Positions 9,523 to 17,761 of a DNA stretch of 64,000 nt are shown here, in pieces (position 1 is the first letter of the stretch; each line of letters opens with the position of its first letter). The notes under the pieces are model-generated. The model worked only from the letters and a program-made list of their open reading frames with translations, searched no databases and was not told the DNA's origin. The position numbers and the translations under genes were made by a program. Origin of the DNA: Pelobacteraceae bacterium (GTDB taxonomy: Bacteria; Desulfobacterota; Desulfuromonadia; Geobacterales; Pseudopelobacteraceae); NCBI GenBank assembly GCA_041675485.1, contig JBAYTT010000001.1, forward strand, positions 8,666-72,665, in the 5' to 3' direction.

Positions 9523-10361
9523 CGTTTTTCTTCCTCTCTTCCCGGAAATGTGTTGATACCGGCATGCACACCGATCATGCGGTATATCTGCACTCCATCC
9601 CACGGCACATCCATGATGCCATCGTGAATCGCCCAGCTCCTCCCGCTTACCGTTCGCTCCATTCCGGGCATCCGAAAGGGGCTTGATCCGTCGAGCCGCA
9701 AAAAATATTTCCCGCCGGGCTGAAATTCCTTATCGATCTCCATCATAAGCCGTTTGCCCCGGAGATAGTCGAAACCGTATTTTTCATAGCGAATGGCATT
9801 GTCATACGAAAGCGGCTCCGCCACGATCATCTGCATCCCGAGCGCATCGGTGAAACGCTCCATCAGCGGAAAAAAGGTGACAAAGAGTTGCATTCCGTGA
9901 TGGGTCTGATTAGGGAACAACCCCGCCCGCATGGCTCGCAACTCCTCCGGGATATTGCGTCCCTGGGATGCAAACCAGTTATTTGCCCCGCTTTCATCGA
10001 CATCAACGGCATAGTGCGCGGAGTTTGGATCACGAATGATGCAGAAGCTGAGCTCCATTTGGTGATACTGGGTATCGGACAGCTCCAGAAAAAAAACCAC
10101 GATGCCATTTTCAGGTTTCGATCGGGCTTCGATCCGTACCAGGGGCAACCCTTTCGGAGCGATGATAGTTACCAATCGCTCTCCGGCTGAGTTGCAGAGT
10201 GAATTTTCCGCCAAACCCAAAACGTCGCGCAGACGTTGCGGCAAAAGGCGGGAATAGATCCGCTCCTTTTCTGGCTCGTCCAGCCGGTTAATAGCCCTGA
10301 GCGAAGTGAGCGGCCGACCGGCGGCATCCAGCAGCTGGCTGTTAGCGGGAAGTATTGCCAT
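9519..10361 (-). CDS. conserved hypothetical protein (280 aa)
   Basis: Long ORF tightly packed between the HDAC gene (20-nt overlap) and the TPR gene (ATGA overlap). No motif recognised. Confidence 0.65.
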   Translation of the reverse strand: MAILPANSQLLDAAGRPLTSLRAINRLDEPEKERIYSRLLPQRLRDVLGLAENSLCNSAGERLVTIIAPKGLPLVRIEARSKPENGIVVFFLELSDTQYHQMELSFCIIRDPNSAHYAVDVDESGANNWFASQGRNIPEELRAMRAGLFPNQTHHGMQLFVTFFPLMERFTDALGMQMIVAEPLSYDNAIRYEKYGFDYLRGKRLMMEIDKEFQPGGKYFLRLDGSSPFRMPGMERTVSGRSWAIHDGIMDVPWDGVQIYRMIGVHAGINTFPGREEEKR

Positions 10362-11502
10362 AGCTTCCGAGTATACCAGGAAAAATCGTATGTTTTATGA
10401 GGGCGATGCTCTTTTCAACCGCCACCAGAGCCAATGTTCGATCTGCCTCATCTGCCCAGTGCGGGGCATCAAGCAGGACCCGGTTCCGATACCCCAGGGG
10501 CTCTATCTTGTCAATAAAAGCGGGAGGGAGCCTCGGATTGAGTTCGACGTTGTTCATGATTGCCCAGGCCAATGTCCAGGCCCTGGCCGTGTTCATGAGG
10601 TCGTACCCCCCTCCACCCAGTGCCACCCAGGGGATCTTGAGTCGCTTTATTTTAGTCAGGATCTCGCAGTAGCCATGCGTCGTAATCTCCAGATTGGTGA
10701 GCGGGTCGGTGCGAAAGGTATCAGCGCCGATCTGGGCGACAATGATGTCGGGATTGAAGGCAACGATCAGGGGATAGGCAACCTCGTTAAAAGCCTTCAG
10801 ATATATCGCATCGTCCGTATGAGCCAGGAGCGGCACGTTAGCGGAATACCCCCTGCCCCGCCCAGTACCGATTTCATCCTCAAAGCCGGTGCCGGGATAG
10901 AAATAAATGCCGCTCTCGTGGAGGGATATTGTCAGCACCTGATCGGTGTCATAAAACGCTTCCTGGACACCATCACCATGATGGGCGTCAATGTCCAGAT
11001 ACAGCACCCGTCGTCCGCGGGAAACCAGCCAGTTTATGGCGGCTGCCGCATCATTCAGGTACGAAAAACCGGAGGCCTTGGCACGGTGGGCATGGTGCCA
11101 GCCGCCGTTCATATTGAAGGCGGCATCGATGCCCTCCTCTTCCACCAGCCGGACAGCCTCGAAAGTCGCCCCGGCACCCAATGCGGCATAGTCGTATAAG
11201 CCGCTGAAAACAGGACATTCAGCATCGCCCAGACCAAACCTGAAATCGGCCCGCGGTTCCTCGGAAACGCTGAACTCCTTGAGGCGGGCAATATAGGCAG
11301 GGTCATGGAACGACAGCAGAAGTTCATCAGAAGCCGGCAAACAGTCGCGGATCTGCATATTCGGAAGATAAAGCAGACCATAGGCGTCCATCAGGTCATA
11401 CGCCAGGCGATTGCGCTGCAGTTTGAACGGGTGATCATCACCATAATTGAATGTTCCGAAAAGCGGAGAATATATCAGGGCGGTGCGGTAGGGGTGCATC
11501 AA
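10342..11502 (-). CDS. histone deacetylase family enzyme (AcuC / acetylpolyamine amidohydrolase-like)
   Basis: HPFKLQR, GGWHHA and DIDAHHGDGVQEAFY motifs of class I/II zinc deacetylases. Confidence 0.93.
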   Translation of the reverse strand: MMHPYRTALIYSPLFGTFNYGDDHPFKLQRNRLAYDLMDAYGLLYLPNMQIRDCLPASDELLLSFHDPAYIARLKEFSVSEEPRADFRFGLGDAECPVFSGLYDYAALGAGATFEAVRLVEEEGIDAAFNMNGGWHHAHRAKASGFSYLNDAAAAINWLVSRGRRVLYLDIDAHHGDGVQEAFYDTDQVLTISLHESGIYFYPGTGFEDEIGTGRGRGYSANVPLLAHTDDAIYLKAFNEVAYPLIVAFNPDIIVAQIGADTFRTDPLTNLEITTHGYCEILTKIKRLKIPWVALGGGGYDLMNTARAWTLAWAIMNNVELNPRLPPAFIDKIEPLGYRNRVLLDAPHWADEADRTLALVAVEKSIALIKHTIFPGILGSYGNTSR

Positions 11503-11611
11503 CAGGCCTCACGGCGGAATGAACAGAATAAAGACCGGGCTGCCGTAATCGCAGGCAACCCGGTACTGTGGAACTATGTACGTTACGTGAATTTTCTGCG
11601 TTCAGAGTGCG

Positions 11612-13327
11612 TTACATCCTGAACTGCGCCACGATATGCTTGAGCTCTTCGGCCATGGACGCCAATTCATGAGCGGCTCCGGCGGTATCCTGGGAGCTTC
11701 TGGAGGCATCGCTGACAACCCCGGTGATCTGGTGCATGCTCTTGCTGATTTCATTTGTAGTAGCGGTCTGCTGTTCAGCAGCGGTAGCGATCTGGTTGAT
11801 CTGGCTGGTCAAATCGCCTACCTGCTTAATGATCTCCTCCAAAGCCTGACCGGAACGGGAGGCGTCCTTCGTACCGCGCTCAACTTCCTGAACGCCCTCT
11901 TCCATGGCGTCAACAGCAGATTGTGTTTCCTTCTGAATAGCCTTGATCATCTCGCCGATTTCCCGGGTTGCCTTGGTAGTGCGCTCGGCCAGAGCCCTCA
12001 CCTCATCGGCGACAACCGCAAAGCCGCGACCCTGTTCACCGGCACGGGCAGCCTCGATCGCAGCATTGAGGGCCAGCAGGTTGGTCTGATCGGCAATATC
12101 CTCAATGGTGCCGACAATATTTCCTATCTGCTCTGAACGGGTACCAAGCGATGCCACTGTCTTGGCACTCTGTTGCACTTTCACGGCAATGCGCTGGATA
12201 CTCTGAACCGCATGATCGACGACTTCCGAACCATCCAGCGCCGTCTGGGTCGCTCGATTCGAGATCTCAACGGTGCGTATGCAGTTGCTGGCGATCTCTG
12301 CCGACGTAGCAGCCATCTCTTCGCAGGCAATCGCCACAGAGGTTGACTGAGAGGCCGCCCTTTCCGTACCGCTCGCAATGATGGCCGAAGTCCTGTTAAG
12401 GTTATCCGCCGACCCGGCAACATCAACCGCGTTCTGGTTGATGCGAACGACAATCTCCTTCATGTTGTCAAGAAAATGATTGAATGAGTGTGCCAGCGAA
12501 CCTGTTTCATCCTCACGCTCTACGGTCAGGCGCTTCGTCAGATCGCCGCCGCCGCTGGACATCTCTTCCAGACTCGTATCGACATACCCGAGGGTTCTCG
12601 TGATGCCCTTACTGATGAAGTAGCAGAGCAACAGCATGAAAATGGCGAAGATGGTATTCATGCCGACCAGGATCCATTTGACTACGTCCACGTCCCTCTG
12701 GACGTCATCGATATAAATGCCGCTGCCAAGCACCCAGCCCCACGGCTCGTATTTCTGCACATAGGACAATTTGGTATATAACTCCGTCGTTGTGCCGCCG
12801 CCCGCCTTTGGCTTAGGCCATTCATAATTGACAAAACCATTGCCCGCCCGGTTTACGACTTCGTTGAACGTTACGAACAGATTTTTCATATCAACTTTCT
12901 GAACGTCGCCCTTCAGACCGTCACTCATGGTAGTGGCTTTATTGAATTTCGGATCATCAAGGACCTTGCCATCCAGAACCGGAAGGGTCGGATGCATGAT
13001 CATCTTCGGCACCGGCTTGCCCAGATCGTTGATCCAGACATACTCCTTCTTTTCATAACGGAGTTGCTTGATATGCTCCGCGGCTTCCTTCTGTGCCTGT
13101 TCAAGCGGCATTTTCCCCGCCTTGACTTCGGCATCATGCAGTTCCACGATCCCCATGGCCAACTCTACAATATGTCGAGTCGCATCCTTCTTTTCATTCA
13201 TTATGCGGGTTTCAATCAGCGGCAACAGGTAGGTAAACAGGCCGATCATCATGACCGCCACGCTGATTACGGAAATTGACATGATTTTGTACTGGATCCG
13301 CCAGTTTTTGAAACGCGAAATACTCAT
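11612..13327 (-). CDS. methyl-accepting chemotaxis protein with periplasmic single-Cache-type sensor, HAMP and signalling domain
   Basis: TM-sensor-TM, HAMP, and the highly conserved hairpin [42 protein letters not shown]. Confidence 0.95.
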   Translation of the reverse strand: MSISRFKNWRIQYKIMSISVISVAVMMIGLFTYLLPLIETRIMNEKKDATRHIVELAMGIVELHDAEVKAGKMPLEQAQKEAAEHIKQLRYEKKEYVWINDLGKPVPKMIMHPTLPVLDGKVLDDPKFNKATTMSDGLKGDVQKVDMKNLFVTFNEVVNRAGNGFVNYEWPKPKAGGGTTTELYTKLSYVQKYEPWGWVLGSGIYIDDVQRDVDVVKWILVGMNTIFAIFMLLLCYFISKGITRTLGYVDTSLEEMSSGGGDLTKRLTVEREDETGSLAHSFNHFLDNMKEIVVRINQNAVDVAGSADNLNRTSAIIASGTERAASQSTSVAIACEEMAATSAEIASNCIRTVEISNRATQTALDGSEVVDHAVQSIQRIAVKVQQSAKTVASLGTRSEQIGNIVGTIEDIADQTNLLALNAAIEAARAGEQGRGFAVVADEVRALAERTTKATREIGEMIKAIQKETQSAVDAMEEGVQEVERGTKDASRSGQALEEIIKQVGDLTSQINQIATAAEQQTATTNEISKSMHQITGVVSDASRSSQDTAGAAHELASMAEELKHIVAQFRM

Positions 13328-13353
13328 TGTTTACCCCTTTATAAATTATTCCA

Positions 13354-13917
13354 CTATCCAAATAGATCTTTCAGTTTGTCAGCAATTCGTTCGGTCGGCA
13401 AGACAAAATCGACTCGGCCGGTTTCCGCGGCCGCCTTTGGCATACCGTAAATGACACTCGTTTTCTGATCCTGGGCGATGGTGATCCCACCAAGCTGTTT
13501 GATATGGGAAATTCCAGAAGCACCGTCCGATCCCATGCCGGTCAGAATGACACCTGCAATCCTGATCCCGACCGGAGCAACTACCGATTTCAAGGCGACA
13601 TCAACCGAGGGACGAACGGAATTGATTTTCTCTCCGTCGTGCAAGTGGACGAGGCTGTTTCGAACCAGCGTCAGATGCACCCCTCCCGGCGCCAGGTACA
13701 CCCGCCCCGATTGAATGTTCGTACCCTCCTGAGCAAGGAAGATCGGCATCTTCGAAACCCTGGCAAGCGAGGTAACAAAAGACTGGTCCACTACGGGTGT
13801 TATATGCTGGATGATGACAACTGCCGCTTTCAAGATCGGCAATCGCAGGAACAGCTCCTCGAGCACTTTGAGCCCTCCGGTGGATGATCCTATCAGCACA
13901 AGATTACAACCTGGCAT
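13354..13917 (-). CDS. cheB: CheB-type protein-glutamate methylesterase, catalytic domain only (no receiver)
   Basis: LIGSSTGG (Ser), VIIQHI (His) and GMGSDGA (Asp) motifs; 187 aa. In frame with the upstream receiver ORF across one TGA. Confidence 0.9.
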   Translation of the reverse strand: MPGCNLVLIGSSTGGLKVLEELFLRLPILKAAVVIIQHITPVVDQSFVTSLARVSKMPIFLAQEGTNIQSGRVYLAPGGVHLTLVRNSLVHLHDGEKINSVRPSVDVALKSVVAPVGIRIAGVILTGMGSDGASGISHIKQLGGITIAQDQKTSVIYGMPKAAAETGRVDFVLPTERIADKLKDLFG

Positions 13918-13920
13918 GGC

Positions 13921-14349
13921 TCAGTCAGCACCTTTCAACTGGTCTAGAAGAGCCAGATACTTCCTGACCGAAGTAACAAAACCGGGCGGATCAAACGGCT
14001 TGGTTATGTAGTCTATGACGACTTCCTGAAGTCCTTCCATCCGCTCGTCCGGAACATCCATGGCGGTCAGCATGGAGATGATATTTCCCTGAAGGAACCC
14101 GGCCTTTTCAATTTCCCGAATGACGGACCAACCGTCCATTCCGGGCATCATGACATCCATCAGGATAACCCCCCTGAAGCCGCCACGCAGAAAGCGCAGG
14201 CAGTCGTTTGCTCCAACAGCGGCAATGACATCGATTCCTTCTGAATCCAGCAGTTCACTGATGGTTTCACGGATGCACTCTTCATCGTCAACCAGCATGA
14301 TACAAGGCCTGACTGCTGCCTTTCCATGTTCTGATGCTGTGCCGCTCAT
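13921..14349 (-). CDS. response regulator receiver protein
   Basis: IMLVDDEE...VILMDVMMPGMDG...ITKP receiver signature; ATGA overlap with the upstream kinase gene. Confidence 0.9.
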   Translation of the reverse strand: MSGTASEHGKAAVRPCIMLVDDEECIRETISELLDSEGIDVIAAVGANDCLRFLRGGFRGVILMDVMMPGMDGWSVIREIEKAGFLQGNIISMLTAMDVPDERMEGLQEVVIDYITKPFDPPGFVTSVRKYLALLDQLKGAD

Positions 14350-15611
14350 ACGCTACCTCCTGCTTCCAGAGTAAAACTGATGGCAGTCCCGCCGTCTCTG
14401 CCAGGACTGCTGGCCGATATCCGTCCGCCGTGGTTTTCCACGATCCGGCGACAGATGGTCAGGCCAAGCCCGGAGGAGCCAAGCAGATGGCGGGAGTGGT
14501 CTGCTTTGTAAAAATCGTCAAATATGTGAGGCAACTCTTCGGGCAGAAGTCCAATACCGTCATCTCTTACGACAACCGCCACCACAGCGTTTTCACAGAC
14601 AGCTTCAACAGTTACCCGAGACCCTGGAGGAGAAAACTTCACTGCATTACTGAACAGCTGGGTAAACAACTCTTCCAGCTCCTCCCGGTTTCCCCGCACA
14701 GTCATATCGGACGGGATCGAATGCTCGATAGCAATACCATGATTCCTGAAGATCTCCGCCAACCTTGAAACGGATGAATCAACTGAAACGGAAAGCTGCA
14801 GGTCGAAACACCCGGAGGCGACATCATCCGATGACGTAAGCCGCGCCAATTGCAGGGTTTTTGCTACCAGATCTTTTATATGGTTCACGTTATTGATACA
14901 GAGATCAAGCAGTTCCTGCTGACGCGATTCTTCCGTGCGAGAGCGGATCAACGGCAAGAGTGCGACCAGTGGCGTCAAGGGCGTTTTCAGGTCATGGCCC
15001 AACCTGCTAATAAAAAGATCCTTCTGCTTAAGCAGTCCCTCGCGAAACTGATCACGACGATGTTTATGTGTGATGTCCTGGATGGTTCCAATCAGAGTTG
15101 CAGGCTCTCCGGAATCACTATGCCGCACCTTCCCGCGGCTGAGAAAAACACGATTGCCTGCGTCACCATCCATTCGATATTTTATTTCGTAACTGCCGTT
15201 CGTACGAATCGCCTCCATGACGGTTTCACGCGCCTGCTGGCGGTCTTCCTCGTGAATCATCATAAAGAACTCTTCCATATTTGGCGCTACGGTGCGCGGA
15301 GGAAGGTTAAAGAGCCGATAATGGTTATCGGACCAGTATCCCTTCCCGGTGGCAAGATCTCGCTCCCAGCTACCAAGACCGGCCAGTTGCTGCGCTTCAT
15401 CCAGATTCTGTTTTGCCCGGTTCAGCGCCTGCTGGTAGTGCAGCAGTTTCCCGGCGATGGCAATAAACATGAGGACAAAAATGAGGCCGATTACTTGCGG
15501 GAGGTGCCTGCCAGGCGTATGAAAAATCAATTGAACAAAAAATGAAACGCCAGAGCCTAGCAGAAAGGCTGAAATGAAAAAAAGAGCCACGATTCGTCTT
15601 GATACGTTCAT
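14346..15611 (-). CDS. membrane sensor histidine kinase with PAS domain
   Basis: Two N-terminal TM helices, a PAS-like region, H-box RLGHDLKTPLTPL, and an ATPase G-box GSSGLGLTICRRIV. Confidence 0.9.
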   Translation of the reverse strand: MNVSRRIVALFFISAFLLGSGVSFFVQLIFHTPGRHLPQVIGLIFVLMFIAIAGKLLHYQQALNRAKQNLDEAQQLAGLGSWERDLATGKGYWSDNHYRLFNLPPRTVAPNMEEFFMMIHEEDRQQARETVMEAIRTNGSYEIKYRMDGDAGNRVFLSRGKVRHSDSGEPATLIGTIQDITHKHRRDQFREGLLKQKDLFISRLGHDLKTPLTPLVALLPLIRSRTEESRQQELLDLCINNVNHIKDLVAKTLQLARLTSSDDVASGCFDLQLSVSVDSSVSRLAEIFRNHGIAIEHSIPSDMTVRGNREELEELFTQLFSNAVKFSPPGSRVTVEAVCENAVVAVVVRDDGIGLLPEELPHIFDDFYKADHSRHLLGSSGLGLTICRRIVENHGGRISASSPGRDGGTAISFTLEAGGSV

Positions 15612-15701
15612 CTAGCTCCTCAAGGCGACATAGTAACGCTGCAGGGAGAACTGCCTGTTGGCAGCACACAGGCGGGAACACATTTGCTGAAGGAATAAGT
15701 A

Positions 15702-15732
15702 TGGTGGAGCTGAACTGGCTCGAACCGCCGAG
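15702..15732 (-). repeat. degenerate copy of the 3' end (T-arm + acceptor + CCA) of tRNA-Ala; att-like scar
   Basis: TGGTGGAGCTGAACTGGCTCGAACCGCCGAG versus tRNA-Ala 17643-17673 TGGTGGAGCTGAACGGGATCGAACCGTCGAC (27/31 identical, first 14 perfect). The T-stem no longer pairs and there is no 5' half. Confidence 0.55.
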
Positions 15733-15987
15733 CCGGAAAAGCTCGCAACACTTTGATATTACTAATGCTCATAATATACTAGCTTTGCTCCAGTGTCGCA
15801 GAAAGTGTAGCTGCACTGTAACAATTTTAAAACAACAGTTCAATCTCTAAATCATTGAACAACATGTTAATCTAGCTGCGTTCCAGCGCCGCCATAGCAT
15901 GTAAATGGCTAATGGTTTTAAAACCTGCCTTGACATTTAAATAAGCTAAGGTACTTTAACTGATAATTTGAATAGACGGAGACTGTT

Positions 15988-16407
15988 ATGCCTTTTATTG
16001 AGTGGAATGAACAATTTGCGACCGGTATCCAGGAGTTTGATGATGATCATAAGCATCTAGTACGCTTACTCAACAAAGCCTATGATGACTTTCTCCTTGG
16101 TGCTCCAAATAATTGTGTACTCGACATTCTCAATGAATTAATTCTCTACGCCAGCCACCACTTTGCAGCTGAAGAAGAGTGGATGATTAAACATTCATAT
16201 CCCAAACTGCCTGAGCATAAAGAGGACCACGATAGCTTTACAAAAACTGTTCTGGAATTGCAGGTGGGCTTCCATCACGGGAGGGAGCACATATCTCTCG
16301 ATGTCCTGACATTTCTTAAAAGATGGGTCAAAAACCATATACTTGAGACCGATGCAGACTACGCCCGTTACAACAAATCCGTAGTATTGGTGAATGGCAC
16401 TCTCTGA
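15988..16407 (+). CDS. bacteriohemerythrin-like metal-binding protein
   Basis: MPFIEWNEQFATGIQEFDDDHKHLV...HFAAEE..., with the H/E/D iron ligand pattern typical of hemerythrin domains. Confidence 0.9.
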   Translation: MPFIEWNEQFATGIQEFDDDHKHLVRLLNKAYDDFLLGAPNNCVLDILNELILYASHHFAAEEEWMIKHSYPKLPEHKEDHDSFTKTVLELQVGFHHGREHISLDVLTFLKRWVKNHILETDADYARYNKSVVLVNGTL

Positions 16408-16482
16408 AGCTTCTACACTGAATTCAGCTTGAGTTGCGAACCCGTTTCACATCCCGCCAAGTGAAAATCAGCTCCTTAACGC

Positions 16483-16510
16483 GAAAGGCCATCCCAAGAG
16501 ATGGCCTTTC
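16483..16510. terminator. hairpin between convergent genes (GAAAGGCCAT-loop-ATGGCCTTTC)
   Basis: Perfect 10-bp stem seen in the sequence, but T-runs are weak. Confidence 0.45.
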
Positions 16511-16544
16511 ACATAACCCTGTTTTCCATGTATTCCCCCTTTTA

Positions 16545-16775
16545 TCAGTTCTTAGTTGATGCAGGTGCCAATTCTTCTTTCACTACAGAGACAACACCTT
16601 TTACCATACCTGTCATCATCAATACTGCCGGGATTACCTGCGCTACGACTATAAGGGCGCAAAATCCAAGAAACACCCAAACAAAGATTCCACTTGTATC
16701 TTCCCGTACTCCTGATGCCGCATATGCTGCCACTGGTGCCAATGTTCCAACGATGGTAGTGATAAGTGCTCTCAT
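16545..16775 (-). CDS. small membrane protein (76 aa, 2 TM)
   Basis: Strong RBS (AGGAGGATGTC-ATG) and two hydrophobic helices. Confidence 0.55.
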   Translation of the reverse strand: MRALITTIVGTLAPVAAYAASGVREDTSGIFVWVFLGFCALIVVAQVIPAVLMMTGMVKGVVSVVKEELAPASTKN

Positions 16776-17076
16776 GACATCCTCCTATTTTTTGAGTGTT
16801 GTTGAATTTAATTGCTCTTGATTTTGATGATGCATTGCTGGTGCCAAGTAGCATTATTTTCTGGTGCTTGCGCCTAACACACCATAAACACTGGCATTAT
16901 TACTAACAACAGTGTCTTCACCAATAATTACCAGAATTATTGAAAAGGGTGATGTATGAAAACATAATACTAATTATCTACCGCCTGAATACATAACATA
17001 CGTGATTACAGCGTGTTATGACCAAGTTTATAGATGTTACCGAGTGTATAAAACTCCTATACCCTGCCACGTTCAC

Positions 17077-17100
17077 AAAAAAAGGCTCCAGAACGGAGCC
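17077..17100 (-). terminator. intrinsic terminator of the 17129-17584 gene
   Basis: On the minus strand: GGCTCCGTTCTGGAGCC followed by TTTTTTT. Confidence 0.6.
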
Positions 17101-17128
17101 GTTTCAATCAAACCTATATGAATCAAAC

Positions 17129-17584
17129 TTATTTTCCTGAATCAAAAGCATCTCCAAAGTATTCATGCCCGCTGAGGACAATTTCGCTATCGTCGCAAAA
17201 ATATGGCGTCTCAAAAACAAACTCACTATTTTTCGTCTTTTCGTAGTTAACCATGCTGACAAATCTATTATGGAATGACTGAAATGCAACACACAAAGAT
17301 GTTTTACGCTTTTTACCCCTACCGACACCCGTGGATATTGGTACAACAACCACAGCACAAGGCGGTTTCTGGTCTTTCAGTTCTAAAACAAAGTTGGCAA
17401 TCGCTGCAGATTTGCTTTTTGCATCGGTGAATTGCAATTTGCATCCGGCATATTCACCGTCTGTAGTCTTTAACACAGCTGTTGCTGGTAGCGATCCATC
17501 AGTAACAAGCTGATGGATCGCAAAGTTCAGTGCATCTAAAAAGAATTTATTTGTTTCCTCTGCAGTCATGTTATTTCCCACCAT
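17129..17584 (-). CDS. hypothetical protein (AT-rich, next to tRNA-Ala)
   Basis: 151-aa ORF with its own terminator. An alternative start at M6 (17569) has the better SD. No motif recognised. Confidence 0.55.
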   Translation of the reverse strand: MVGNNMTAEETNKFFLDALNFAIHQLVTDGSLPATAVLKTTDGEYAGCKLQFTDAKSKSAAIANFVLELKDQKPPCAVVVVPISTGVGRGKKRKTSLCVAFQSFHNRFVSMVNYEKTKNSEFVFETPYFCDDSEIVLSGHEYFGDAFDSGK

Positions 17585-17642
17585 CCAGAATTCGCTCTTT
17601 GAGATCTTTACTATGCAGCAATGCGTAACACTCTGTTTTTAT

Positions 17643-17718
17643 TGGTGGAGCTGAACGGGATCGAACCGTCGACCTACGCGTTGCGAACGCGTCGCTCTCC
17701 CAGCTGAGCTACAGCCCC
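17643..17718 (-). tRNA. tRNA-Ala (anticodon CGC)
   Basis: GGGGCTGTAGCTCAGCTGGGAGAGCGACGCGTTCGCAACGCGTAGGTCGACGGTTCGATCCCGTTCAGCTCCACCA. It folds as a cloverleaf, has the G3:U70 identity pair, and encodes CCA. Confidence 0.95.
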
Positions 17719-17761
17719 ATAAAAATTGTACGGAAAAATGAATTCCAAGTTATCCTTTTTA

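Noticed and set aside
10306-11199. Long antisense ORFs opposite well-supported genes: 10306-11199 (+), 29356-30345 (-), 14850-15545 (+), 53235-53924 (+), 20123-20806 (-), 4180-4803 (-) and 4223-4897 (+).
   Set aside because: Their translations are Arg/Gly/Pro-rich or low-complexity. They fully overlap genes with clear family motifs on the other strand. They are typical shadow ORFs in GC-rich coding DNA.
15640-15665. Sigma-54-like sequence AGGCAGTTCTCCCTGCA upstream of the PAS histidine kinase.
   Set aside because: The GG to GC spacing is 13 nt instead of 12 and the -24 element is not TGGCAC. Other TGGCAC occurrences (for example 7196, 11087, 47166) lie inside genes or lack a correctly spaced GC.
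15702-15790. Possibility that the tRNA-like sequence at 15702 is a second functional tRNA.
   Set aside because: Only the acceptor 3' strand and part of the T-arm are present, the T-stem no longer pairs, and no D-arm or anticodon arm can be drawn from the adjacent sequence.
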